DNA of 64,000 bases from Mobula hypostoma (lineage: Eukaryota). The translations under genes and the position numbers were made by a program. The notes beneath the pieces are model-generated. The model made no database searches. It was not told where the DNA came from and saw only the letters and a list, made by a program, of their open reading frames with translations. Below are positions 23,081-34,513 of the stretch, one piece after another. The stretch covers positions 28,398,001 to 28,462,000 of the forward strand of contig NC_086097.1 of NCBI RefSeq assembly GCF_963921235.1, given 5' to 3'. How positions within the stretch are numbered: the first letter of the stretch is position 1; each line of letters begins with the position of its first letter.

Positions 23081-26000
23081 CAGTGAAGGGAGTAATTTGC
23101 GTCAACGTCCAACACAGTCTGAATATCTGTTAGGACAGTCCACAAGTGTCCAAAAAACCATAAGATATAGGAGCAAAATTAGGCCATTTGGCCCATCGTG
23201 TCTGCTTTTCCATTTCAGCATGGCTGATCCAATTTTCGTCTCAGCCCCAGTCTCCTGCCTTCTCCCTGTATCCCTTCATGCCCTGACCAATCAAGATCTA
23301 TCAACCAGTGCCTTAAATTTACATACAGACTTGGCCTATGGCAATGAATTCCACAGATTCATCTCTCCCTGGCTCAAGAAATTCCTCCTCATGTGTTCTA
23401 AAAGGACAGTCCTCTATTCTGAGGCTGTGTCCTCTGGTCTTAGACTCTCCCACCATAAGGAAACACCCTCTCCACATCCACTCTGTCAAGGCCTTTCACC
23501 ACTTGATAGGTATCAATGAGGTCACACCTCATTCTTCTGAATTCTAGTGAATACAGGCCCAGGGCCATCAAACACTCTTCATATGACAAGCCATTCAATT
23601 CCAGAATCATTTTTGTGAATGTCCTTTGAATCCTCTCCAGTTTCAGCACATTCTTTCTAAGATAAGGGGCCCAAAACTGTTCACAATACTCCAAGTGAGG
23701 CCTCACTGGTGCTTTATAAAGTTTCAACATTGCATCCTTGCTTTTATATTCTAGTCAACTTAAAATTAATACTAACATTGCATTTGCCTTCCTCACCAAT
23801 GACTCAACCTGTAAATTAACTTTTAGGGAATCCTGCACAAGAATCCCAAGTCCCTTTGCAACTTAGATTTTTGTATTTTCTCTCAATTTAGAAAATATTC
23901 AAACCCTTTAATTTCTTCTACCAAAGTGCATGACCATACACTTCCCAACATTGTATTCCATCTGCCATTTCTTTGCCCATTCTTCTAATCTGTTTAAATC
24001 CTTCCTCTACCTGCCCCTCCACCTATCTTCGTATTGTCTGTAAACTTTGCAACAAAGTCATCAATTCCTTCATCCAAATCATTAACATATAATGTAAAAG
24101 AACTGGTCCCAACACAGACCACTGTAGAACACCACACCACTAGTCACTGGCAGCCAACCAGAAAGGGCTCACATTATTCCCACCCTTTGCCTCCTGTCAG
24201 TCAGCCACTGCTTTAACCACGCTAGAATCTTCCTGGAATACCATGGGCTCGTAGCTTGTTAAGCAGTCTCATGTGTGGCACCTTGTCAAAGGGCTCCTAA
24301 AAATCCAAGTACACATCAACCAATTCTCCTTTGTCTCACCTGCTTGTTACTTCTTCAAAGAATTCCAACAGATTTGTCAGGCAAGATTTTCCCTTGAGGA
24401 AACCATGCTGACTACGGCTTATTTTATCATGTGCCTCCCAGTACCCTGAGATCTCATCTTTAATAATCAACTCTAACATCTTCCCAACCACTAAGGTCGG
24501 ATTAGCTGGCCTATAGTTTTGTTTCTTCTGCTTCTCTTCCTTCATGAATAGTGGAGTGACATTTGCAATTTTCCAGTCTTCCAGACTATTCCAGGATCTA
24601 GTGATTCTTGAAAGGTCATTACTAATGCCTCCATGATCTCTTCAGTACACCTCTCTTAGTGTACACTATCTGGTCCAGGTGACTTCAGTCTTTTCTGTTT
24701 CCCTAAGAAACTTCTGTCTGGTTATGGTAACTTCACACACTTCATGCCCCCTGACACCTGGAACTTCCACCATGCCACCATCAGTGAAGACAGATGCAAA
24801 ATACTTATTCAGTTTGTTCGCTATTTCATTGTCCCCCTTAGACTTCTCCAGCATAGATTTCCAGCAGTCCAATATCCACTCTCACCCTTCTTTTACACTT
24901 TACGTATCTGAAGAAACTTCTGGTATTCTCTTTAATATTATTGTCTAACTTATTTTTGTATTCCATCTTTACCTTCTTAATGCCTTTTTAGTTGCCTTCT
25001 GTTGGTCTTAAGAAGTTTTCCAATCCTCTAACTTCTCACTAATGTTTGCTCTATTATATGCTCCCTCATTAGCTTTAATGTTGGCTTTGTCTTCTCTTGT
25101 TAGCCATGGTTGTGTCATCTTTCCTTCAGAATACTTCTTCCTCTTTGGGATGTATATATTCTGCATCTTGTGAATTGCTTCCAGAAATTCCAGCCATTGT
25201 TGCTCTGCGTCACCCCTGCCAGTGTTATTTTCCAATCAATTCTGGCCAACTCCTCTGTCATGCCTCTGTCATTCCCTTTACTCCGCTGTATTACCGATAT
25301 AGCTGACTTTAGCTTCTCCTTCTGAAATGTCAGGGTGAATTCGATTATATTATGATCACCTCCCCTAAGGTTTCTTTACCTTAAGCTCTCTAATCAATTT
25401 TGGTTCATTGCACAACACCCAGTCCAGAATAGTTGATCCGCTAGTGGGCTCAACCAGGAGCTGCTCTGAAAAGCCATCTCATAGGAACTCTAGAAATTCC
25501 CCCAGCACCAGCCTGGTTTTCCCAATCTACCTGGCTATTGAAGTCCCCCATGACTATTGTAACATTGCCCTTTTGGTATGCATTTTCTATCTCTGTTTGT
25601 CATTTGTAGGCGACATCCCTACTACTGTTTGGGGGGTCATTTTACCCTTGCAGTTCCTTTGATCTATCCACAATGATTCAACACCTTCCAACCTTATCTC
25701 ACTTCTTTCTAATGATTTGATTTCACTTTTTTACAAACAGAACAATGCCGTACCCTCTGCCTTCCTGCCTATTCTTTCGATACAATGTGTATCCTTGGAC
25801 ATTAAGCTCCCAGCCATAATCTTTCAGCCATGATTCAGTGATGCCTACCACATCATACCTGCCAATCTGAAAATGTGGTGCAAGTTCATCTACCTTATTC
25901 CATATACTGCCCACATTCAGACACAACACCTTCAGTCCTATATTCACCCTTTTTGATTTTTGTCACACCATCCTCAACCTTTTGATTCCTAACTCTGTCT

Positions 26001-26374
26001 GAGTTCTTACCAACATCCGCCTCCACAACCTCTCCACTAACAGTTCTAGCACTCTGGTTCCCATCCCCTGCAACTCTATACAGCATTAACAAACCTTACC
26101 ACTAGGATATTAGTCCCCCTCCAGTTTAGGTGCAAACTGTCCCTTCTGTAGGTCCCACCTTCCCTGGAAGAGAACCCAATGATCCATAAATATGATGCCA
26201 TCCCTCCCTCCTTCACCAACTCCTTAGCCACGTATAATTTTTCTAGTTCTGGCCTCACTAGCATGTGGCATGGGTAGCAATCCTGAGATCACAACCCAGG
26301 AGGTCTTTCCCTTTAACTTAGCAACTGACTCCCTGAACTCTCTATGCAGAACCTTGTTACTTGTCCTACACATG

Positions 26375-27253
26375 TGTGACAAGAATACACATAGATTAAG
26401 ATGTTAGCTGTCCTGTGTGATCAGCAGTTGGTCTGCCACCTGTCTTCAGGAGAGAGAGAGATAAGGAAAACAATGGAGCAGCATTTGGAGATGTGTAATG
26501 AAGGGACGGGAGGGAGAGTAACGGAAGGAGGGAGCTGTCAAGAGTGGCTCCCCCTTTGAACCCTGAACTGTTTGAAGTGATGGACAGGTGATACCCCAGC
26601 AGGGGGTTAAAAAGGGACAGGTTCGCTAAGGCAGGACACACACGACACCCGAGGTAACAAGACCCTGGAAGCGGTGCGTCTCTCACAAGTCGGTGGGAAG
26701 TACCGGGCCATAGACGCACAGGGTGGAAAGGCATGATTGGCGGGAACCTGGTGTGTGTCCACCCTTGCCTGGGTGCTGGGTTCACCGCAGGGAAACGATC
26801 GTATCTGGAAACGGAAAGGTCACGGTCGGTGACCTCAGATGACATCACAAAGGACTCGCCCGAAGGCTGACTGCGAAGGTCTGTTTGGAGGCCGTTTTGA
26901 GTGTTCGTTCGTTTTGCTCTCTCTCCCCCCCCCCCCCACTGTCCATCGCCTCAGCAGCGATTACTGCGAACTGAACTGAACTAAATTGAACTGAACTAAA
27001 TTGAACTGAACTTTGCGTCACTTTGAAACTGGTCATTTACCCCTAGACAACGATAGAGCTTGATTGATCCTGTTATCTTAATTCTGTGTACATGTGTGTT
27101 TATCATTGCTGAACTGTTGCATTCATTATCCTTTTGATTAGAGTACTGTGTTGCTTGTTTCTTTAATAAAACTTTCTTAGTTCTAGTAATCCAGACTCCA
27201 ACTGAGTGATCCGTTTCTGCTGGTTTGGCAACCAAGTTACGGGGTACGTAACA
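26375..27253 (+). repeat. 5' LTR (879 bp)
   Basis: TG...CA ends; direct repeat of 30365-31243; internal (GAACT)n run; aataaa at ~27165. Confidence 0.96.
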
Positions 27254-27257
27254 TAAG

Positions 27258-27275
27258 TGGGGGCTCATCCGGGAT
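27258..27275 (+). promoter_or_regulatory. Primer-binding site complementary to tRNA-Pro
   Basis: tgggggctcatccgggat, one mismatch to the canonical Pro PBS TGGGGGCTCGTCCGGGAT, 4 nt after the LTR. Confidence 0.9.
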
Positions 27276-27351
27276 TTTGAACACTAAATTTGGGACGGAG
27301 TAAATTGATTGGGTCAAAATTCCCGAAAGAAAGAAAAGACAAACAGCAGAA

Positions 27352-28639
27352 ATGGAGGCTGAGGAAATTATAAAGGCGCCAACCTTGGAGGCATTAGAGG
27401 ATGCCAGGAAATCGGAATTGGTAGCTGTGGCCAAACGGTTGAATCTTGCTAAAGGGAAGTCGACAATGAGGAGAGAGAAGATACACAGAGCTATCGTAGA
27501 GCACTATGTATCTAAAGGTGTGTTTCCCCAAGGCGAGCTGGAGGTGGTGTCTATTGAAAAACCTGCCGGAGACGCGGTACAGGTACAGCTTGAAAAACTG
27601 AGACTCGAGCACGAGTTCCGGGTACGACAGTTAGAACACGAAGAGAAGCAGTTAGAAAGGCGGGAGAGAGAGAGAGTTAGAAAGGCAGGAGAAAGAGAGA
27701 GAGAGACAGCTGGAGCGAGAGGAGAAACAGAGGGAAAGGGAATTCGAGCTGGAGAAGTTAAAGATAAGGGCAGAGCAGGGGCTCGTGCCGAACCAAGGTG
27801 GAGGGTTCCGGGCGACCCAGGAGGTTAGGCTGGTTCCCCCATTTGACGATAGTGATGTGGATCGGTACTTTCTCCATTTCGAAAAAGTTGCTACAGGTCA
27901 GGACTGGCCGAGGGATAAGTGGGTTGTTTTGCTTCAGAGTGTACTGAAAGGGAAAGCCCAAGAAGCTTACTCAGCCTTGTCTGCGGAAGATGCCCAGAGG
28001 TATGAGGTGGTGAAAGAGGCCATCCTCAGGATTTATGAGTTGGTCCCGGAGGCATACCGGCAGAGGTTCCGGAATGCGAGGAAGCAGTGGGACCGCACGT
28101 ATTTAGAGTTTGCCCGTGAGATGCAGACATATTGTAAGCGTTGGTGCGCCTCGAAGGGGGTAGAGGGGGATTATGACAGACTGCTACAGCTGATCCTGAT
28201 TGAGCAGTTTAAAGGTTGTGTCCCTGAGGGTATGAGACCCTACCTAGATGAGAAAGAGGCAGCCACATTAGCCGCAACTGCTAAGTTAGCGGATGAGTAT
28301 GCGTTGATGCATAAAATGAAGTTTGCCCCGAGTAAAGGCTACCAGAAGGGTAGTCAGGACAGCAGGGAGAGTCTGCCGGAAAAGTCAGAAAGTAAGCCGG
28401 GGACTAGTGAGAAGGATAAGGTAGACCGGGAGCAGTCTGGTAGGAAGTCTCCTGGGGTCGTCTGTTATAATTGTGGGAAAGTCGGACACTTTGCGTCCAG
28501 GTGCTTTGCCCCAAAGAAGGAGACGGGAAAAGGAAAAATGGCGATTTTGACTGGCTGTATCGAGCTGGTAAACGAACCGCTAGGGAAGGACAGGTCTGCC
28601 AAAGTTCAGGAAGGGCGCGAGAGGTTTATCTCGGCCTGA
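27352..28639 (+). pseudogene. gag: Gmr1-type gag (N-terminal helical domain, coiled coil, SCAN-related capsid, CCHC knuckle); one frameshift in a (GA)n run at ~27664-27676
   Basis: LLQSVLKGKAQEAY...YELVPEAYRQRFR...LILIEQF...AKLADEY; CYNCGKVGHFASRC. Confidence 0.88.
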
Positions 28640-30243
28640 TTGGTGTCGGTGAAGGAGGAGTTAAAACCAGTTCCACTGTGGATCTGGAGAGACACGGGAG
28701 CGTGTCAGTCACTAATACTGAAGAGTGTATTAGAGTTTAGCTCAGAGATCCAGATGGGGGAGGTCAAGGTCAAAGGTATTGGAGAAGGGACAGAGACAGT
28801 CCCTTTGCACCAGGTACACTTACAAAGCAACCTAGTCTCTGGACTAGTCACGATCGGGGTGAGGTCCGAATTACCAATGAAAGGCGTGGAAGTCTTGCTC
28901 GGTAATGACGTCGCCGGGGGAATCGTGTTCGAAGCAGTGAGATTGACAGGTCAGCCTGCCAGCAGTGAGGCCCCACCCATGGACTCACAGGTTCATCATG
29001 GGACCGCGGTAGTAAATTTAGCTGAGACGTTTCTGCCAGCCTTGTACGAGAAGGGGGTAGAAAGTGAAAAGAAGGAGTGTAATGAAACAAGAGGTAGTGA
29101 GGGAGCTGAGACAGACTTAGCATTAGCCAGGAAGGAATTTGTGCAGGCGCAGGAGCGAGACAAGGGGCTGATGGTTTTGGTGGAGGAGGAAGTGCTAAGG
29201 AAGAGAGGGAGACCAAGTATCGTACCCGCAGATGAGGAATGGGGGGTGGTGCAAAAGAGTTATGGGGATGAGATTTTTAACCTGGCCCCCAAGGTACCCC
29301 CCCAGTGGACATTTTGCGGTGCTGGAGGAAACAGTTGGTGGAATCATGAAAGAGGTTTACCGGCTGCCCAGGAGGAAGGATGTTATTGATTATGACCGAC
29401 GCGAACTGAGACGGTCACAGGCTTTTGATATGCTAACAAACCTAGTTGGTGTTAGCGCGGAAATCAATGAAGCTAGGGTCCCCCTGATAAGAGAAAAAAA
29501 CCATTTTGAAAAGATGAGTATGGTATCGACCAGATGGAAGAAGGCTATTGTTTTGGCCAGCTCTGCTGATAAGGTCTCTCCTTTAATCCCCGAACAAAGC
29601 GACTCTTTAGTAGAAGTAATTAAACGACTCGTACACGTGTGTTTGATTGTCCCGAGGCAATGCAAAGAACTGGGACGTTGGGTGGTGTCTGTTACACTAG
29701 GTCAACCTAGTGAGCAACAGCCCTATGGAATGAGTGATTCAGTGACGAAAGGGCTGACGAACACAGGGGTGTGTATTGGCGATGTATTACGGCTGTCTGA
29801 AGCCAGCTTGATAGTGAACCTTGAAAAAAATGAGTTCGGCTACACGAAGGTCACTTATCTGGGAATTGTGGTGACTCAGGGGCAGCTGGCAGCGATGCAA
29901 GCTAAAGTGCGGGCTATCTCTGACATCCCAACCCCGACAGACAAGAGGGCCCTCAGAAGGCTCTTGGAGATGGTGGGGTACTGTAGGAAGTTTTGCAATA
30001 ACTCTGCGGTCACTACCCCTCCCCCTCCTACTAAGCCCTTGCGAGAGAAAACTGAGTCGGAATGGGACGACCCTTGTTACTGTGGTCCGGGACGAAACCC
30101 AATGAGAGGTTACATTGATCGCAATTCATCAGTGTTTTTGGCCACAATGAAGTTTGCTAAGTTGGAGCCTGGTCTAAGGGATTATTAATAACACATATAA
30201 AAGGAACAGAAAATGTGATGGCTGACTGTCTGTCAGGTGTTGA
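28640..30243 (+). pseudogene. pol: Protease plus deleted pol remnants (IN N-terminus, RT C-terminus, RNase H C-terminus)
   Basis: WRDTGACQSLI...VEVLLGND (PR); QERD..L, EEWGVV, EIFNLA, GHFAV, KDVIDY (IN N-term); LRLSEASLIVNLEKNEFG...VTYLG...RRLLEMVGYCRKF (RT); HIKGTENVMADCLS (RH end). Confidence 0.82.
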
Positions 30244-30352
30244 CAACTTCAAACTCGCTATATTAGCCAAATAGCTGATAAAGATGTATATTTGTGTGTG
30301 TATCAAATAATGTATTCATGTTTGTAATTTTTACCCCCCGGTAAAAATCCTT

Positions 30353-30364
30353 AAAGGGGGGAAG
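30353..30364 (+). promoter_or_regulatory. Polypurine tract
   Basis: aaaggggggaag immediately before the 3' LTR. Confidence 0.9.
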
Positions 30365-31243
30365 TGTGACAAGAATACACATAGATTAAGATGTTAGCTG
30401 TCCTGTGGGATCAGCAGTTGGTCTGCCACCCGTCTTCAGGAGAGAGAGAGATAAGGAAAACAATGGAGCAGCATTTGGAGATGTGTAATGAAGGGATGGG
30501 AGAGAGAGTAACAGAAGGAGAGAGCTGTCAAGATCGGCTCCCCCCTTTGAACCCTGAACTGTTTGAAGTGATGGACAGGTGATACCCCAGCAGGGGGATA
30601 AAAAGGGACAGGTTCACTAAGGCAGGACACACACGACACCCGAGGTAACAAGACCCTGGAAGCGGTGCGTCTCTCACAAGTCGGTGGGAAGTACTGGGCC
30701 ATAAACGCACAGGGTGGAAAGGCATGATCAACGGGAACCTGGTGTGTGTCCACCCTTGCCTGGGTGCTGGGTTCACCGCAGGGAAACGATCGTATCTGGA
30801 AACGGAAAGGTCACGGTCGGTGACCTCAGATGACATCACAAAGGACTCGCCTGAAAGCTGACTGCGAAGGTCTGTGTGTGGAAGCTGTTTTGTATATTCA
30901 TTCGTTTTGCTCTCTCCCCCTCCCCCCACTATCCATCGCCACGGCAGCGATTACTGCGAACTGAACTGAACTAAATTGAACTGAACTAAATTGAACTGAA
31001 CTTTGCGTCACTTTGAAACTGGTCATTTACCCCTAGACAACGATAGAGCTTGATTGATCCTGTTATCTTAATTCTGTGTACATGTATGTTTATCATTGCT
31101 GAACTGTTGCATTCATTATCCTTTTGATTAGAGTACTGTGTTGCTTGTTTCTTTAATAAAACTTTCTTAGTTCTAGTAATCCAGACTCCAACTGAGTGAT
31201 CCGTTTCTGCTGGTTTGGCAACCCAGTTACGGGGTACGTAACA
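30365..31243 (+). repeat. 3' LTR (879 bp)
   Basis: Direct repeat of 26375-27253. Confidence 0.96.
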
Positions 31244-31519
31244 CATGTCATTAGTACCTACATGGACCACGACTTCTGGCTGCTCACCCTCCCACTTAAG
31301 AATGCTGAGAATTCAATCTAAGACATCCCAGGCCCTGGCACCCGGGAGGCAACGTACCATCCAGGAATCTCATTCTTGCCCACAGAACTTCCTATCCATT
31401 CCCCTAACTAACGAATCCTCTATCACCCCAGTGTGCCTCTTCTTATCCCTTCCTGTCTGAGTCACAGAGACAGATTCATTGCCAAAGACCCAACCACTGT
31501 GACTCTCCTCTGTTACTGC

Positions 31520-32420
31520 TATACTAGAACTTGGTCAGACCCCACTTGGAGTACTGTGTTCAGTTCTGGTCACCTCACTGCAGGAAGGATGTGGATAAAA
31601 TAGAGGAAGTGCAGAGGAGATTTACAAGGATGTTGCCTGGATTGGAGAGCATGCCTTATGAGAATAGGTTGAGTGAACTTGGCCTTTTCTCCTTGGAGCA
31701 ACAGAAGATGAGAAGTGACCTGATAAGATGCGTGTCACAACCACGGGTTTGGCAGCACAGTAGATACAGCAACTGGGCTTGTGAATTTTCAAGTGTCAGC
31801 TAATTATTATTTAATCGTGATAGTATTTAACTCCATGCTTGTCGAGACTTGGACAGAGCGTAGCAACGCTTTGCTGCTGCTTTGCGTTGGGTCTTCCTGA
31901 GATATTGGACTTTCAAGTCAACTAATTCTGAAGACTAGCAACATTCACTTAATGTTTAGATGTTCTTTTCATCCGCAGTGTAGGCTTTGTTTTCCTTTTG
32001 AGAGTTTTAGTTAACGGCTCTGTTTGGGCTAGCATTTATTGTTTTATTTTGCCTCTAATGCTGTTCGTATTAAAGTCTGTGAACTATCGACCTGCTTCAG
32101 TGTCTCTCACTGCGCCCTTGGGCCGTATCCGAACACGGAAACAGAGGTGTATAAGATGATGAGAGGCATTGATCATGTGGGTAGCCAGAGGCCTTTTCCA
32201 GGGCTGAAATGGCTAACATGAGGGGGCATAGTTTTAAGGTGCTTGGAAGTAGGTACAGAGGGGATGTCAGGGGTATGTTTTTCACACAGAGTGGTGGGTG
32301 CATGCAGTGCACTACCAGCAATGGTGGTAGAAGCCGAAACAACAGCAGTTTCTGGAGTAGGTTACATGGTCAGCACAACACTATGGGCTGAAGGGCCTGT
32401 AATGTGCTGTAGATTTCTAT
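31520..32420 (+). mobile_element. CR1 3' fragment split by a probable solo LTR
   Basis: [15 protein letters not shown]...MRSDLI | EVYKMMRGIDHV resumes at 32144. Confidence 0.88.
31733..32143 (+). mobile_element. Probable Gypsy-type solo LTR (~410 bp)
   Basis: Begins TGTCAC, ends ACA; tatttaa TATA-like box at ~31824, attaaa at ~32069; interrupts a CR1 coding sequence; no clean TSD. Confidence 0.6.
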
Positions 32421-32677
32421 GTTATGCTTTTTTATGTTAGGTCACCCTCCCCCCGACAGTATCCAAACTGATGTACCTGTTTTTGAGGGGAGTGTCTACT
32501 GGGTACACTGCACCTGTTCCTTAACCCCTTTCCTACCTCTCTCTATATCCTGTCTGCATCCGAAATGATCCAGAGTTCATCCAGCTCCAGCTCCAACTCC
32601 TTAACGGTCTGTTAGAAGCTGCGCCTAGATGCACTTCTCACAGTTGTAGTGCTTGGAGATACTGATACTCACGGTTT

Positions 32678-33122
32678 GAAGATAAAGATCAGCTTTATTT
32701 GTCACATGTACGTCGAAACATGCAGTGAAATGCGTTGTTTGCGTCAACCACCAACACAGTCCGAGGATGTGCTGGGGGGAGCCTGCGTGCATGGTTCCAG
32801 TGCCAACGTAGCATGCCTGCAACTCACTAACCTGACCATAAAACATAGGAGAAGAATTAGGCCATTTGGCCCATCAAGTCTGCTCCACCATTCCACCATG
32901 ACTGATTTATTATCCTTCTCAACCCCATTCTCCTGCCTTCTCCCTGTAACGTTTGAGCAGGTATGTCTGATGCCTGGGAATGTGGAAGGAAGCTGGAGCA
33001 TCTGGAGGAAATCCACGCGGTCGCGGGGAGAGCATACGAACTCCTCACTGACAGCGTGGGAACTGAACCCTAATCTTCCGGCTGGAGCTGGAACGCATTA
33101 TGCTAACTGCTCTACTACCGTA
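32678..33122 (-). mobile_element. tRNA-derived SINE (inverted) with a small CR1 tail inserted
   Basis: Reverse complement of the SINE family seen at 59705-60003 (gataaagatcagctttatttgtcacatgtac...gaactgaaccc). Confidence 0.7.
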
Positions 33123-33704
33123 AAAGACATTGGGACAGATTCATGGACAGGAGAGGGTTCGAGATATGGGCAAGTGGCAAACATCTTGGGAAGCAGCTTA
33201 GATGAATATCTTGGTCAGCATAGCTGAGTTAGTTTGAAGAGCTTGCTTATATACATCTTAACTCTACCATTAATCCTACTTGTCTGCACCAAATCCTTCA
33301 AATCATAGAGTAACTCAAAGCTTTGCATGCCTTGGCTATTCAACTGCCTGCCTGAACACATCTTCATCATGATAATCCCATCCGCCTCTGCTATCTCCTC
33401 TGGCAGTGAGCTCCAGATGTCAGCCATTGTCTGCATGAGAAGCTTTCGCCTCTGATGCTGCTAAACCCCCACCCTATTACCTTAAGCATTCTCTAAGTTC
33501 TGCATAGCTCAACTCTCCCTGACTGCACAACCCTACCTCCAGTGAATCTGCCCCAGCATGTGCAAACTTTCTGGCATACAGAAAGCATTAGCGATCAGAC
33601 CTAGGCTAAACCCTTGAGAAGCTGTATTGGACCGCACAAGTGGATAACTTAGAGAACTAGGGAAGGTGAGCAGTAGGCATGATTAACATCAGTAAGGCTT
33701 TTAG

Positions 33705-34110
33705 AACATAGCCCATATCAGCACAGTACAGGCCCATGATGTTGTACCAACTTTTTAGCCTACTCCAATGTCAATCTAACCCTTCCCTCCTACATAGCCC
33801 TCCGTTTTTCTATCATCCATATGCCTATCCAAGAGTTTCTTAAATGACCCCAATGTATTTGCCTCTACCCATCATCCATGGCAGGGTGTTCATTCAATGC
33901 ACTCACCACTCCCTGTGTAAAGAAACTTATCTCTGACATTCCCTCTATACTTTCCACTAATCACCTTAATGTTATGCGCAGTGGGAGAAAGTCTCTGGCT
34001 GTCCCCTTGATGTATGCCTTGCATCATCCAGTGCACCTCTCATCTTCCTTTGCTCCAAAGAGAAGTGTCCTTGCTTGCTCAGCCTATCCTCATAAGACAT
34101 GCTCTCTAAT
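33705..34110 (-). mobile_element. Old CR1 3' fragment
   Basis: gaacatag...cagcacagtacaggccc tail; cactcaccactccctgtgtaaagaaactta. Confidence 0.75.
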
Positions 34111-34117
34111 CGAAGAA

Positions 34118-34290
34118 GGGCACATGGCCAAGTGGTGAGGGCATTGGACTAGCGATCTGAAGGTCGTGAGTTCGAGCCCCAGCCGAGGCAGCGTGTTGTG
34201 TACTTGAGCATGGCACAGTGCTCTGCAATGACACTGGTGCCAAGTTGTATCGGCCCTTGCCCTTCCCTTGGGCACAGATCAACTGGAGAA
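34118..34290 (+). mobile_element. tRNA-derived SINE with clear A and B boxes
   Basis: tggccaagtgg (A box) and gagttcgagccc (B box). Confidence 0.8.
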
Positions 34291-34359
34291 CTGGGTAGGG
34301 TAGTAATTAGGAGGGTATGGCAGTGCAGCAGTGGCACAATGCTCTACAGCACCAGTGAT

Positions 34360-34513
34360 TGTAGTGGTAGTTAATGTGCCACTCATTTAGTCACTTCCAC
34401 ATGGAGGAGTTCACATACTGCACAAGGAGTGCTGTCAATAAAGTTCAATTGAATATCCTGCAAGGCTGGCGTCCTGGTGTGCTCTGCACCATCCCTCAAT
34501 ATTGAACACAACA
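34360..34513 (+). repeat. 5' LTR of the Mag-like element
   Basis: Diverged direct repeat of 40196-40369 sharing ttcacatactgcacaag and ggtgtgctctgcac. Confidence 0.8.

Larger units (their letters stand above)
26375..31243 (+). mobile_element. Gmr1-like Ty3/Gypsy LTR retrotransposon, non-autonomous internal-deletion derivative
   Basis: Paired TGTGAC...TAACA LTRs, CATG TSD (26371-26374 and 31244-31247), PBS, PPT, gag with CCHC knuckle, protease DTG, then IN, RT and RH remnants in that order. Confidence 0.93.
23156..31515 (-). mobile_element. Long degenerate CR1 LINE (ORF1+ORF2) interrupted in ORF1 by the LTR element; pieces 23156-26374 and 31244-~31515
   Basis: RPHLEYCEQFW, QHGFLKGKSCLTNLLEFFE, LNVGSIWNKVDEL...GITESWL; ORF1 SGNH motif VVVHVGTND lies directly at the LTR junction. 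Confidence 0.88.

Noticed and set aside
26968..27012. (GAACT)n pentamer run, also at 30958-31002, as a CRISPR-like or telomeric array
   Set aside because: Simple repeat inside both LTRs with no spacers; eukaryotic context
26375..31243. Endogenous gammaretrovirus, suggested by the tRNA-Pro PBS and 4-bp TSD
   Set aside because: No env; gag and pol motifs and the IN-before-RT order are Gmr1/Gypsy-like
34118..34190. Functional tRNA gene
   Set aside because: A/B boxes are present, but there is no clean acceptor stem or oligo-T terminator and it continues into a repeat body, so it is a SINE head
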